Shown here one piece after another: positions 14,277-26,206 of a stretch of DNA of 64,000 nucleotides; the stretch's first letter is position 1, and each line of letters starts with the position of its first letter. The stretch is from Mytilus trossulus (Eukaryota), in assembly GCF_036588685.1 (NCBI RefSeq), contig NC_086379.1:68138001-68202000 (forward strand). Reading direction: 5' to 3'. The notes beneath the pieces were generated by a model that was given only the letters and a program-made list of their open reading frames with translations, ran no database searches and was not told where the DNA came from. The translations under genes were made by a program, and so were the position numbers.

Positions 14277-14929
14277 GGACGCAGGACATTTAATTAAAAC
14301 TACTAGTGGGATTTTCGGTAGCCTATTTTAGCGAATTTACCTGGTTGAATAATGCTCACCTTACTATATCGCCCAGCAATTTATGTTTTCCTCGATACTT
14401 TTATAAAATTACAAACAACAACATATATAAAGATACGAAGCATAGAGAAATGGGCACCACAATCGAGAAAAGATAAAGAGAAAGAGCAGTTCCTAATGCA
14501 ATTCTATGAACAGTATTGTACAGGGGGTATATCTAGAACCCATTACGTACGTTCTCTTAGGTTATAAATTCCAGGCTAGAACAGACTTTTAACATTTAAT
14601 TTAACCTTTTAGACTTTTAGTGCTGTATTTTAATTAAAAAGTTTAATATTGTTTTATGTTGTGCTGTCTTGAGTCTATTAGTGCTGTATTTTAATGGACA
14701 TGTTTTATAAATGTGATGTCTTGAGTCTATTAAACATTTTTTAATTTATTATATATTAACTATTTACTAAAAAGGGTTAACAAATATTTCGCTAAAATGG
14801 GCTTTGACAGTTTTAATTTTCGCTAAAATGGGTTAAAATTCTGACTCTCAAATTGGTTCAACTTTGGCGCTCAAACGTCCTCTTTTTTTTGCTCAAATGT
14901 CCTATCAATGCGCTCAGATGTCCTCCGCC
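14277..14929 (+). mobile_element. Internally deleted Mutator-like (MULE) element
   Basis: 9-bp TSD (T/G)TCCGTTAG at 14268-14276 and 14930-14938, imperfect TIR sharing AGGACAT. Internal ORF 14352-14567 (PAIYVFLDTFIKLQTTTYIKIRS...ISRTHYVRSL) resembles MULE transposase C-termini. Confidence 0.6.
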
Positions 14930-16620
14930 GTCCGTTAGCCAGCTGTACATATATTATGAATTGTCAATCATAACATGTATATAACTGTTGTCTCCTGCTT
15001 AAAATCAAGAAGTAAAAACCTAACTTGATTTATACAAAAATGACGAATTAAAAATATATGTACCGCATTCAAATCCATAAAAACGGATACATTCAAATCA
15101 TAAATCTATTCTTGCCGAGTATGTATATGCAACACATCTAATATATTCCTTTCTTATGATTTCGTCTGTTCTATATTTGGCGTAATTGTCGATAACGAAG
15201 GCCATCTTTTCCTTGTCCGGCATACGTACGTACTGGTGGGGGCATTTCTAGAGTTCGCATTTTCTCACAAGGAAGCTATTAAACCAAGATTTCATTTAGG
15301 GTTAGGAATGCATGGTAACCCGAAACATTGGGATAGCCATGTTATATCAACTGCAAATTGAAGCGTTTAACGACCTTGATTGTTTATACAGCCCTCGCAC
15401 GGTCGGCATACCAACAAAATGAAAACAATGTCGTTGTTATTTTAATTTTTAAAGAATTGAGACAGAAGGTGGCTCACATCTTACTTGGTAGATTTTTAAT
15501 TAGTGATCTTAAACAAGTAGCAATATTCTTTTATCATTGTAAGGATATATCTATCAAAAAAAAAAATTTCATTTCAGTTAAAGAAAGTGTTTTCTCAAGT
15601 AAGCTGTTTCATATTTTTCATGTCGTTTTTAATTGTTTTAATACTGTTGAAGGTGAATATCATGTCACTTTACATTAAACTATTAAAATGTTCATCAATT
15701 TTAAGAACCTCAGTAAAAACAGTCTCTGGTAAAAAGAACTTGTTTATAATAATATCATTATAAACAGGACAATGTAAAATAACATGATATTCATCTTCAA
15801 CTGCTGTTTTTTACTAATTTTTAAATTAGTTGGAATATAATGGTTTCATTATGAATAAGTATTCAAAGCATTTCTTTCATTTGGTGTAATTTTGGAGAGA
15901 ATTTTAAGACTGGACTGGAAATTTAAATGAAAATAGTACTTTTTTAGAATTTCTTTGAATAGTAATTTCATGCTGTTATATTTGTGTATTGGGATTATCA
16001 ATTGATTGTTTATAATTATATTCTTGTAGATTTACCTTTTGAACATAATTATGGCCTTATAAATTAAGTAAAACTAGCATTGCCGATATCTTTTTCATTA
16101 TAAGTGCAGATATTTATTAATTTGAGTAAATAGAGAAAAAAAAGTATAAATTTAAAAGATTACCTTTATTAAAATATAAATATGCACGAATCAAACACAA
16201 TTAGTTAAATGAAATAATATTTCACAATCTATATGACATTTTTTCATAATTTCAAATGAAACATTTGAATCTGAAAATGGTAGAGTATATAAACATAAAA
16301 TGATTTATGTATTTATTGTGTTTTTAAAAGATAATTTTATATGTCATATATTATAAGCATTATTGATCTAATTACAATTCATTAATCATATTTGCTGATT
16401 TTTTCCCCACTGATAATGATACAAAAGGATTAATCAAACTAGTTTTACTAACTTATCAACTAATCAACAAATTGTATTGAATACCTTGATGACCGCAAGC
16501 CAAAGACAAGCCAACAACTCAGTGGAACTGTAATTGGCAGAAATGTCTCCATGTCTATATTTTAATGCCATTTATGCTACTTGTCAAAAAGGAGCAATTC
16601 ATTTCATAGTATTTCATGTA

Positions 16621-16655
16621 TATAAATATAGTGATATGAAAGTTAAAATCAATTC
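16621..16655 (+). promoter_or_regulatory. TATA box and putative initiator of the BTB gene
   Basis: TATAAATA at 16621, TCAATTC ~28 nt downstream, ATG at 16701. ATTAAA at 17503-17508 is a candidate polyA signal. Confidence 0.5.
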
Positions 16656-16700
16656 AAATTATATCTCTGTTTATACACACAAATATACAACACTTACAAA

Positions 16701-17423
16701 ATGGATAGATGTGAATCAAATTTGGCTTTAGTTTACTTTGAACAAGTGGATCAGGATGACTATTCCTCTGGATATGAATCCACACCATCAGACTCCGAGT
16801 CATCCACATCAACTCAGAAACTACAGAGTAACAGACTGATACCTATCAGCTACAACAGGGATCCAGTCAAGATAAAAGAAAAGATGAGCTACAGAAATAC
16901 ACAAGCTCTGACAGAACAATTAAAGGTCATCTCATCCATACCAGAACTTTGTGATGTAACATTTGAAGTTGGTTCAGAAAAAGTAAAAGTTCATGGTGTC
17001 AAGGCCATCTTGGGAACAAGAAGCAGAGTTCTGTACAATCTTATCTTAAAGAAACAGAAAGAAGCTGAATTTCAGAGAAAAGCTGACAAAAAAGACAAGA
17101 AAAACAAAGCATCCATTCAAACAGACAAAGTGACAATTGTTGTAAAGAAGTATGAACCAGAAGACTTTAGAAAGATCATACAGTTCATACACAGTGGTTC
17201 TGTGGACATCAACAGTTCATGTGTAGCTGGACTTTTATGTGGTGCATCACAGTTTGGTCTGGATGACCTTGAAAGAGCATGCTGGGACTTTGTCAACCAC
17301 TGTGTTAAATCAGGAACCATTTCAACAATCATACCATCTGCCAAGAGATACAGTCACCATAAAACTGGACAACAACTCCTAGAGAAGATATTCAGTTTAA
17401 CACAACACAGTGTTGACCTTTGA
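16701..17423 (+). CDS. Intronless BTB/POZ-domain protein (serine-enriched-protein-like), 240 aa
   Basis: BTB signature PELCDVTFEVG...HGVKAILGTRSRVL...FRKIIQFIHSGSV...LLCGASQFGLDDLERACWDF. Ser/Asp-rich N-terminus DYSSGYES. Confidence 0.9.
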   Translation: MDRCESNLALVYFEQVDQDDYSSGYESTPSDSESSTSTQKLQSNRLIPISYNRDPVKIKEKMSYRNTQALTEQLKVISSIPELCDVTFEVGSEKVKVHGVKAILGTRSRVLYNLILKKQKEAEFQRKADKKDKKNKASIQTDKVTIVVKKYEPEDFRKIIQFIHSGSVDINSSCVAGLLCGASQFGLDDLERACWDFVNHCVKSGTISTIIPSAKRYSHHKTGQQLLEKIFSLTQHSVDL

Positions 17424-20025
17424 CTTTAAGTGCTGACTGATTGTTTAAACCTTAGTGCTATACTGTTAATTATGTACTTACAATGTGCTTATTATTTGTG
17501 ATATTAAATATCGAGTAAAATTCACCTACAGATTTGATTTTATTTTCATAGCTTGCTGTTGGTGCATGATCTTTGATATGGGTAGAACGTACACCATGTA
17601 TGAAACAAAATAACTGTAACGTATCATATAATCATATTTTCACTGGCTAGCCATCAATATCACATGATCATCACTGCATCACATGCTATATAATAATGAG
17701 TATACAGAAACAACACATTATCATACTGATTTAACTAGTCATAAAAAATAATCACTCAATTATCCCAGGCAGAAAACCCCAGCCGTATTTGGCACAAATT
17801 TTTGGAACTTTTAGTCATCGGTGCTCTTCAACTTTGTACTTGTTTAGCTTTCGGACTTTTTTCATTAGAGCGTCACTGGTTAGCCCTGTGTAGACGAAGG
17901 CGTATTAAATTTTAAACCTGGTACCTTTTGTTAGCTTTTGTTTCATGTGTATCTCTGTCCTATGTGGTCTCTCATTTATTTGTATTGTAGTCCTGTCATG
18001 TAATGTTATTTTAATGTTAAATTTAACATTGCCATAAAAGCGAGAGGTTTGGCATGCCACAAAACCAGGTTCAACCCACCATTTTATTCGTAAAATGTAC
18101 TGTACCAAGTCAGGAAAATTTCCATTGTTTTAATATTTCGTTTCTGTGTGTGTTACATTTTAATGTTGTGTTTCTGTTGTGTCGTTGTTCTCCTCTTAAA
18201 TTTGATGCGTTTCCCTCAGTTTTAGTTTGTAAGCCGGATTTGTTTTTTTTTCTCAATCGATTTATGAGTTTCGAACAGCTGTATACTACTGTTGCCTTTA
18301 TTAGATGACATAAATTAAATCAAGGATTAGTATAGTCTAAGAAATATTTTTTGTTAAGATGATATTTACCTTAGATCTCCTGATAAACTTATTTTGGTAA
18401 TCAACAAAATATTTTTCATTGCTTTAAAAAAAAAAATATTCCAAAAGTTGATAAAACTGAAATTAATCTTCTGCTTCAGGTCGCTTCAAGGTTCTTGCAT
18501 AACATTTGGATTAGAACGTAAATTTTATTTTACATATAATAGGTGAAATTTCATTTTCTACCTCACTAACATTTCTAAGTTAAGCACATTTTGTATACAT
18601 ATTTTATGTCAGTTAAGAAAGATCAATATTGTAATACAATGATGATCTATAAAGTGGCCTCTCTACCTCGTCAGCTTGTGTATGTGAATGACTGCCACCC
18701 AGATCTATATAAACAGCATCCTTGTTATAGACAATTCCCCCAACTCCTGACATGGGGGCGTATATCATCCTCTCCTTGGACAAGGGTCAGATAAGAGAGC
18801 ATATCACTGATAGAAAAGTCACCACAACCTGTAATAAACAGCTAAAAATATGCAAACAACTCTGATAGAATATAGAAAACACACTGTTCTGATGAAGAAT
18901 AGCAAAAAAAAAAAAAGGAAACGTTCATAATATTAATGGTCATTCTTTAGTATATCATGAGATTGCTTCTGAGTTTAGTGTGTTTGCCTAACTTGTACAT
19001 ATTTTTGTTTAGGGGCCAGCTGAAGCCCACAGAGTGTAGGATTTTTTGCTACGTTGGAGGTGGGTACGCCGGGCATGCAGTGTTGATATCCTTTATACCA
19101 GTATCTTGAACAATTGATTATACCCCATCTATCAAGTTTATTGCCAGGAAAATATATAATAGCAATGTAATAACCATATATTATTATTATAACAGTTATT
19201 GTGTGTCTTTTTCTTTTTTAGCCATGGCGTTGGCAGTTTATTTTTGTTATTATTTATTGACTTATGGTGTGAATGTCCCTCAGATATCTTTCGCCTTTTT
19301 AGTCATGCATGCAGCTAATCTGACAGTAGTGTTATTTTATATGTATTGGGAACTGTTAAATTGTGTCAGAACAGACGCATGATAGAAAATGTGACAGAGA
19401 AAGCTAACACAGAATCGATTAAATTAAATAATGTAGAAGAGCAGACTTACGCGAATCGTAAAACCGATGTAGAATGCATATTTTTCTCTCGTCGCATCTT
19501 TTTTATCGAGTGTATAGGTGTACGGTAAGGTAACAAGCTTCCCATTCACATATTTTATACAATGATTAGTCCTTAATCGGTCATTTCAAGAGTTTAGACT
19601 CTCTGAATTTTTCTTTAGTTCTCAAAACGCCAAATAAGAACAAAATTCCACAAAATTGATTTTTTTGAGGTATACGAAAATAACAATATATCGGTGCCAT
19701 ATGTCACGTGAACAGGACTTCTTACCCTTCCAGATCACGGTTGAGATTACCTCAGGGTGTTTTTGTTTTGTTTTGTTTTTTACAGTTCGTGTTAATCTCA
19801 TTGAATTTTTTTATGTTGTATTATGATTACTGTTGTCCGTTTATTTTCGACTTATGAGTTTGAATGTCCCTTTGGTATTTTTTTTTATACAAGGTCTTAA
19901 AATGTTGTAATTAGCGATTTTCAAATGACTATTTATTTATTTTTAAAATTTGGTTTGTATAATGATCTACAATATCTTATTCGTCAGTTGTGCAGTTTTA
20001 TTCGTCGGTTACAGTTTTTATCTGT

Positions 20026-21287
20026 TTATGGTGATACTTGAGGACTGTGTTGCCGATAATTTGTCATTTTATCATTATTACGGCTACTTAGAATAAGTTC
20101 AACGGGATTTATCTGTCTCTCGATGTCTTCTAATCTTTCTTTCACTGTCTGAAAACGGCTGGGTACTTTTTTATTTTCTTGTAATTGGTTTCTTTTTTCC
20201 TCATCTCTTTTCATTTTTCGTTCGATTCTATCAAGTATTTTTCTTCGTTGCATATCCCTTCTTTCTTGGGCTCGCAAAATACGATCTATTGTTTTGGGAA
20301 TTTTTTCTCTATTACTCTCGTTTCTGATCATTTCCGCTCTTTTCAGTTTTTCTTCGATACGCTGTCTTTTCTCTGTTTCTTTCCGTTCCCGTTTCTCTTT
20401 CAGCCTTGCATATCTTTCTTCGAATTTTCTAGCTGTTTCTCCTATAAGTAGAAGTAATATTCATACAGCATAATGAGTATAATAGTGGGTATATCAGAGA
20501 TGAGTGAAGATTAAAAGACCTTTTGTACACAATTTTATACACAACGGTGTCAATACACTGATACAGAATCACCAACAGAGATTGCTCTTGGTATCAAAGC
20601 ATTGAATTGAAATAAGATATTCTCTTATTTCAGACGAGAAATATTAAATACATTGGAAAACATTAATGCTGATTTCAGCTGTACTCAACAAGTAACCGAC
20701 AAAATCTCGTAACCCTAGTAGCTCACTCGTCCCGGTATAAGATCGTTAGTTTCATAATTAACAAAACGTTAAATTACGGACGAAGGAAAATGCCGAGAAA
20801 ATACCAGCCAGTAATAATCGTATTTGATCTAATAATTACAACAAGTTCAAAATATAATTCAAATTTCACAATTTAGTTTCAAAACTTATGAATTTAGGCC
20901 TTATCTTTATCCTGTATTTTTTTGTCTTCAGAATACAGTACCTTTAGCTTTTAATTGTTCTTTATGAAGTTTTTCTGAAGCAGTCATCTTTTTCTCCACG
21001 TCATCAATGCTGAAGTTTTGTTGCGTGTTTCTATCAAGTTTTTCTAAAAATCTTGGGGGTCTGCGGGTGCTTGCTTGGGTCGAACTATTAACACCAGAAC
21101 CGTTCATTGATAGATAGTACGAAAGTCCTTTTCTTCTGCAACGTCTGTTGTTAGGGATAACGCCCTCATTTTTCACTTCTACAATAACAGTTTTTTCAAA
21201 CTTACGATATCTTACAAGATCACTATTGTTTTCCGCGTTCTCATAAAACTCATCAACAAGTGTTTTTCTTGATAAATCCCTTTCCAT
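20026..21287 (-). CDS. Stathmin-like/charged coiled-coil protein, ~253 aa. Exons 21287-20942 and 20441-20026
   Basis: A phase-1 GT-AG intron joins two ORFs. RRPPRFLEKL...SIDDVEKKMTASEKLHK followed by an E/K/R-rich helix (RIEEKLKRAEMIR) resembles stathmin-family domains. Confidence 0.65.
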
Positions 21288-21654
21288 TATTCATCGTTTC
21301 ATTTTGTGAATCTCTAATAAAATTTACGGCTTCTGTTCCTCAATGGCCGGAATGAATGACGTCGTCCGAATGAAACGTCACAATAAACCTAGTCCTAAAA
21401 AGTCGGACACAAAAAGGTCTAAGTACCAAGGAACATAAGCCGACATACTTATCATTGATATAGTCATACTTCTAAATTAACTGTTTATAAAATTTATATA
21501 CCTTTGAAATACAAAGGCTTTGCTATACCACAGAAATAGATTACCTCAGGTGTGCTTCATCTTCGTACTCAAATTGGCCTTTTTAACCTTTTTTTTATTC
21601 GAGCGTCACTTATAAGTATTTTGTAGACGAAGTTTACCAAACTATACGATTATT

Positions 21655-24270
21655 TCAGAACTCACAGTAGACAAAACTGTACCATTATTACAGAACTTAC
21701 AGTAGACCAAAGTTTGAAACTGTTATAACAAAAAACTAACAGTAGACCAAACTGCAGTAAAAAAATATACGTACAATTACAAGTTACAATTATTACATAA
21801 CTTACAGTATACCAAACTGTAAAATTATTACAGTACTTACAGTAGACCAAACTGTACATTTATAACAAAACATTCAGTAGACCAAACTACAGTTATTACA
21901 GAACTTACAGTATATCAAACTGTACAGTTATTACAGAACTTACAGTATATCAAACTGTACAGTTATTACAGAACTTACAGTAAACCAAACTGAGACCAAT
22001 TGTACAGTTATTACAGCACTTACAGTAGATCAAACTGTACAGTTATTACAGAACTTACAGTAGACCTAACTTTACAGTATTACAGATCTTACAGTAGAGC
22101 TTACTGTACAATTATTACAGAACTTACAGTAAACCTAACTGTACAGTTATTACAAGACTTACAGTAGATCAAACTGTAAAATTATTACAGTACTTACAGT
22201 AGACCAAACTGTACATTTATAACAAAACATTCAGTAGACCAAACTGTAAAATTATTACAGAACTCACAGTAGATCAAACTGTTTAAATATAACAGAAATC
22301 ACAGTAGACCAAACTGTACAATCATTACAGAACTCACAGTAGATCAAACTGTTTAAATATAACAGGACACACAGTAGACTAAACTGTTAAACTGTACAAT
22401 TATCACAGAACTTACAGTAGATCAAAATGTTCAAATATAACAGAATCCACAGAAGAACAAACTGTACATTTATAACAAAACTTTTAGTAGACCAAACTGT
22501 AAAATTATTACAGAACCACAGTAGACCAAACTGTACAGGCGTTACAGAACTTACAGTAGACCAAGCTGTACATTTGTTACGAAACATTCAGTAGACCAAG
22601 CTGTACAGTTATTACAAAACTTACAGTAGACCTAACTGTACAATTATTTCAGAACTTACAGTAGACCTTACTGTACAGTTATTACAGAACTAACAATAGA
22701 TCAAACTGTACAGTTATTACAGAACTAACAATAGATCAAACTGTACAGTTATTACAGAACTTACAGTAGACCAAACTGTAGTTATTACAGAACTTACAGT
22801 AGACCAAACTGTACAGTTATTACAGAACTAACAATAGATCAAACTGTAGTTATTACAGAACTTACAGTAGACCAAACTGTACAGTTATTACAGAACTTAC
22901 AGTAGACCAAACTGTAAAATAATTACAGAACTAACAATAGATCAAACTGTACAGTTATTACAGAACTTACAGTAGACCAAACTGTACAATTATTACAGAA
23001 CTTACAGTAGACCAAACTGTACAGTCATTACAGAACCCACAGTAGACCAAACTGTAGTTATTACAGCACTTACAGTAGCTCAAACTGTACAGTTATTACA
23101 GTAGACCTAACTGTACAATTATTACAAAACTTACAGTAGACCTAACTTTACAGTTATTGCAGGACTTACAGTAGACCAAACTGTACATTTATTACATAAC
23201 TCACAGTAGGTCAAACTGTACAGTTATTACATAACTCACAGTAGGTCAAACTGTAAAGTTATTACAGAACTTACAGTAGACCAAACTGTACAGTTATTAC
23301 AGAACTTACAGTAGACCAAACTGTAAAATTATTACAGAACTAACAATAGATCAAACTGTACAGTTATTACAGAACTTACAGTACACCAAACTGTACAAAT
23401 ATTACAGAACTTACAGTAGACCAAACTGTACAGTTATTACAGAACCCACAGTAGACCAAACTGTAGTTATAACAGCACTTACAGTAGCTTAAACTGTACA
23501 GTTATTACAGTAGACCTAACTGTACAATTATTACAAAACTTACAGTAGACCTAACTTTACAGTTATTACAGGACTTACAGTAGACCAAACTGTACAATTA
23601 TTACAGAACTCACAGTAGATCAAACTGTTTAAATATAACAGAACCCACAGTAGACCAAACTGTACAATTATCACAGAACTTACAGTAGATCAAACTGTTT
23701 AAATATGGTCCGAGAACACAATTAATTGGTAGTGCATTTCTTTTAGAACATAAATGAAAATAAAAAAAATCCCACCTGTGCTTTCTCAAAGAAACTTTTA
23801 CAGTGTGTTGTACTACTTTTGGGACAAATTAAATCAAATTTATAGAAAACTTCATCGCCTTTAACTCAAAATATGGACAATTTTATGTTTAGGGCGTCTT
23901 GAAATCTTTTGACAGCTTCCGAAGAGCTCATTTTCAACCTTTTTCAGCTGGACCAAATCACTACATTCCTTTAAAATTCTGGACCCAAATATTTTACAGT
24001 GTAATTTCATCCCCCTACTTGCAATTTGAGGCATTGAACATGGAGAAATAAATTTGGAAGGGGTATAAAAATTAATGGCAAGTAACCCACTGTCAACACT
24101 AGGGACTATATTTGTGAACAACGAAAATCAAGGGACGACAATGGTGGTCTAGGACCATATAACAGAATCAACAGTAGACCAAACTGTACAATTATCACAG
24201 AACTTACAGTAGATCAAACTTTACAATTAATATAAAACATTCAGTAGATCAAACTGTAGTCATTACAGCT
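21655..24270. repeat. 35-bp minisatellite (ACAGAACTTACAGTAGACCAAACTGTACAGTTATT)n, about 60 units, interrupted by a MITE
   Basis: Directly visible tandem array. Each unit holds an ACAGT-n7-ACTGT inverted repeat. Confidence 0.95.
23707..24156. mobile_element. 450-bp MITE with 4-bp ATAT TSD (Sola-like target)
   Basis: TIR GGTCCGAGAACAC / GTGGTCTAGGACC. ATAT at 23703-23706 and 24157-24160. Removing the insert restores a satellite unit. Confidence 0.85.
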
Positions 24271-26206
24271 GTAATTAATTGGTATTAATCCTCTAACATA
24301 ACTTTGCGAGTTGTGCATTGATAGCCAAAATCCAATAGGCAGCAACCTCCTTCAAGGAAATAATGACTGTAAAGCAATAACATGTGTTTTACATTTTCAA
24401 GTAAATAATGTTGCACTTGAGTGGATACTTCATGTAAAGCACTAAAACAACTTTTCTCTAGATTGTGCACCCCATGCAAACAACAGGTTGTAGAAATTCT
24501 ACCTTGCGTTACCGGATGATGAATGTGTGAAGACCGAGGGGACGGTCATCTGTTATGTTTTAAATAAATACCATGTCCTTTGGAAGCATAGAAAATAGTT
24601 GGTTCGTTTTGTGATATCATATTCTTAGCCCAAACAAGGCCCCTCCAGAATCAATCTTTGATAGCAATCTCTTTTCAGGAAGTAGCTTCCATGTATTTCT
24701 GGTTGTATACACAATTTAGTGGCATGCATTTTTCACAATTACTTTAGCCTACATTTTTTTCAGTTATTACTAGTTTTTTTATTTTACCCAAAATTTTATG
24801 AAAATATTTTCCACTTCAGTTTTGATACTAAGCAAACAAAAATTAGTAATCAATTTATAATTCTTGTGTGTTGAATTGCACACAAACAGTATTTTCTAAA
24901 CAAATCAAATTTTTATGAGAGGGTTACCACTGGAACCCAGTCTAATGACCTTTTGCATGTATCTGAAGACAAAGTTATTAGTTAGATTGAGCAGTGCAAG
25001 TGTTTTAAGAAAGTACTTTTTAGAACAACGAGATAGTGTTGGTGAAAATGTGTTTTATAGAGGAAGATTTTGAACAGCTGGATCTCAATCCATTTTAGAT
25101 AACATGCAGCTTCATCTTGAGCAGGTCCACTTATTTGTGGGATACAACTGTAGATTTCAATCAAATAAAAAAGTACACATCTTTTTTAGAAGCATGTATG
25201 CTGATTTTGACACAACAAAATTAAATATCTGCAAAAACACAACTGTTTCTTAATTCACAAATATTGATACATGTAGCTACAAAAGTAATTTATTCAACAA
25301 TTATTACCCCCCCCCCCCCTAAATATTTTCAATACTTTATAACGGGTGTGTTAACCTATGTTATGTTTATGATAACCCCAAGAGTTGTTGGTCGACTGAC
25401 AAACATTTGCCTATTTTGTTTATTTTGTCTCCTATGTCTTTTAAATCACTATAAAAGTAAACTAACATGTTTAACCCCGCCACATTATTTATGTATGTGC
25501 CTGACCCAAGTCAGGAGCCTGTAAATAAGCGATTGTCATTTGTTTAAGTGTTACATATTTGTTTTTCGTTCATTTCTTTTATATAAATAAGGCTGTTAAT
25601 TTTCTCGTTTGAATTGTTTTACATTGTCATATCGTAGCCTTTTATAGCTGACTATGCGGTAAGAGCTTTGCTCATTGTTGAAGGCCGTACAGTGACCTAT
25701 AAGTGTTAATATCTGTGTCATTTTGGTCTCTTGTAAATAGTTGTCTCATTCTTCTTTATAATCAGTCTAGTTTTAATTGCAGAACAAAAACTGTTTCTCA
25801 AATCAATAATGAATCAATATCCGAAGTTTAGTGTTGTTAACAGCTCATAGCTTCATAAAATGGATAATTGGAATCAGAGGTTGGAAGTAAATATAAAGAA
25901 TCACAATCACATGTTTATTTCCTCAGAATACATAGATATACATAGAAGACATGATAGTGTTAGGCAGATGCGTTTAGTCATGATAACAATGGTTATAAAT
26001 TTGAACAAATATTTTAATCCTGATATATATAGAACCTCTCACAACAGTCTGAAGCTAATAAAACTTAAAATGTTAAATCAATTTATTACAGTCATTTATA
26101 TGATCATCATGTCTTTCTGCTTTATTTATCTTGGAATAAAGACACCTATGCATTCTGGAAATGCAAATTAAAATAAAAAACAACACAATGTCTGCATGGA
26201 TATCAC

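Noticed and set aside
21655-24270. CRISPR-like appearance (35-bp partly palindromic repeats)
   Set aside because: Units are contiguous with no unique spacers, there are no cas genes, and the context is eukaryotic. It is a minisatellite.
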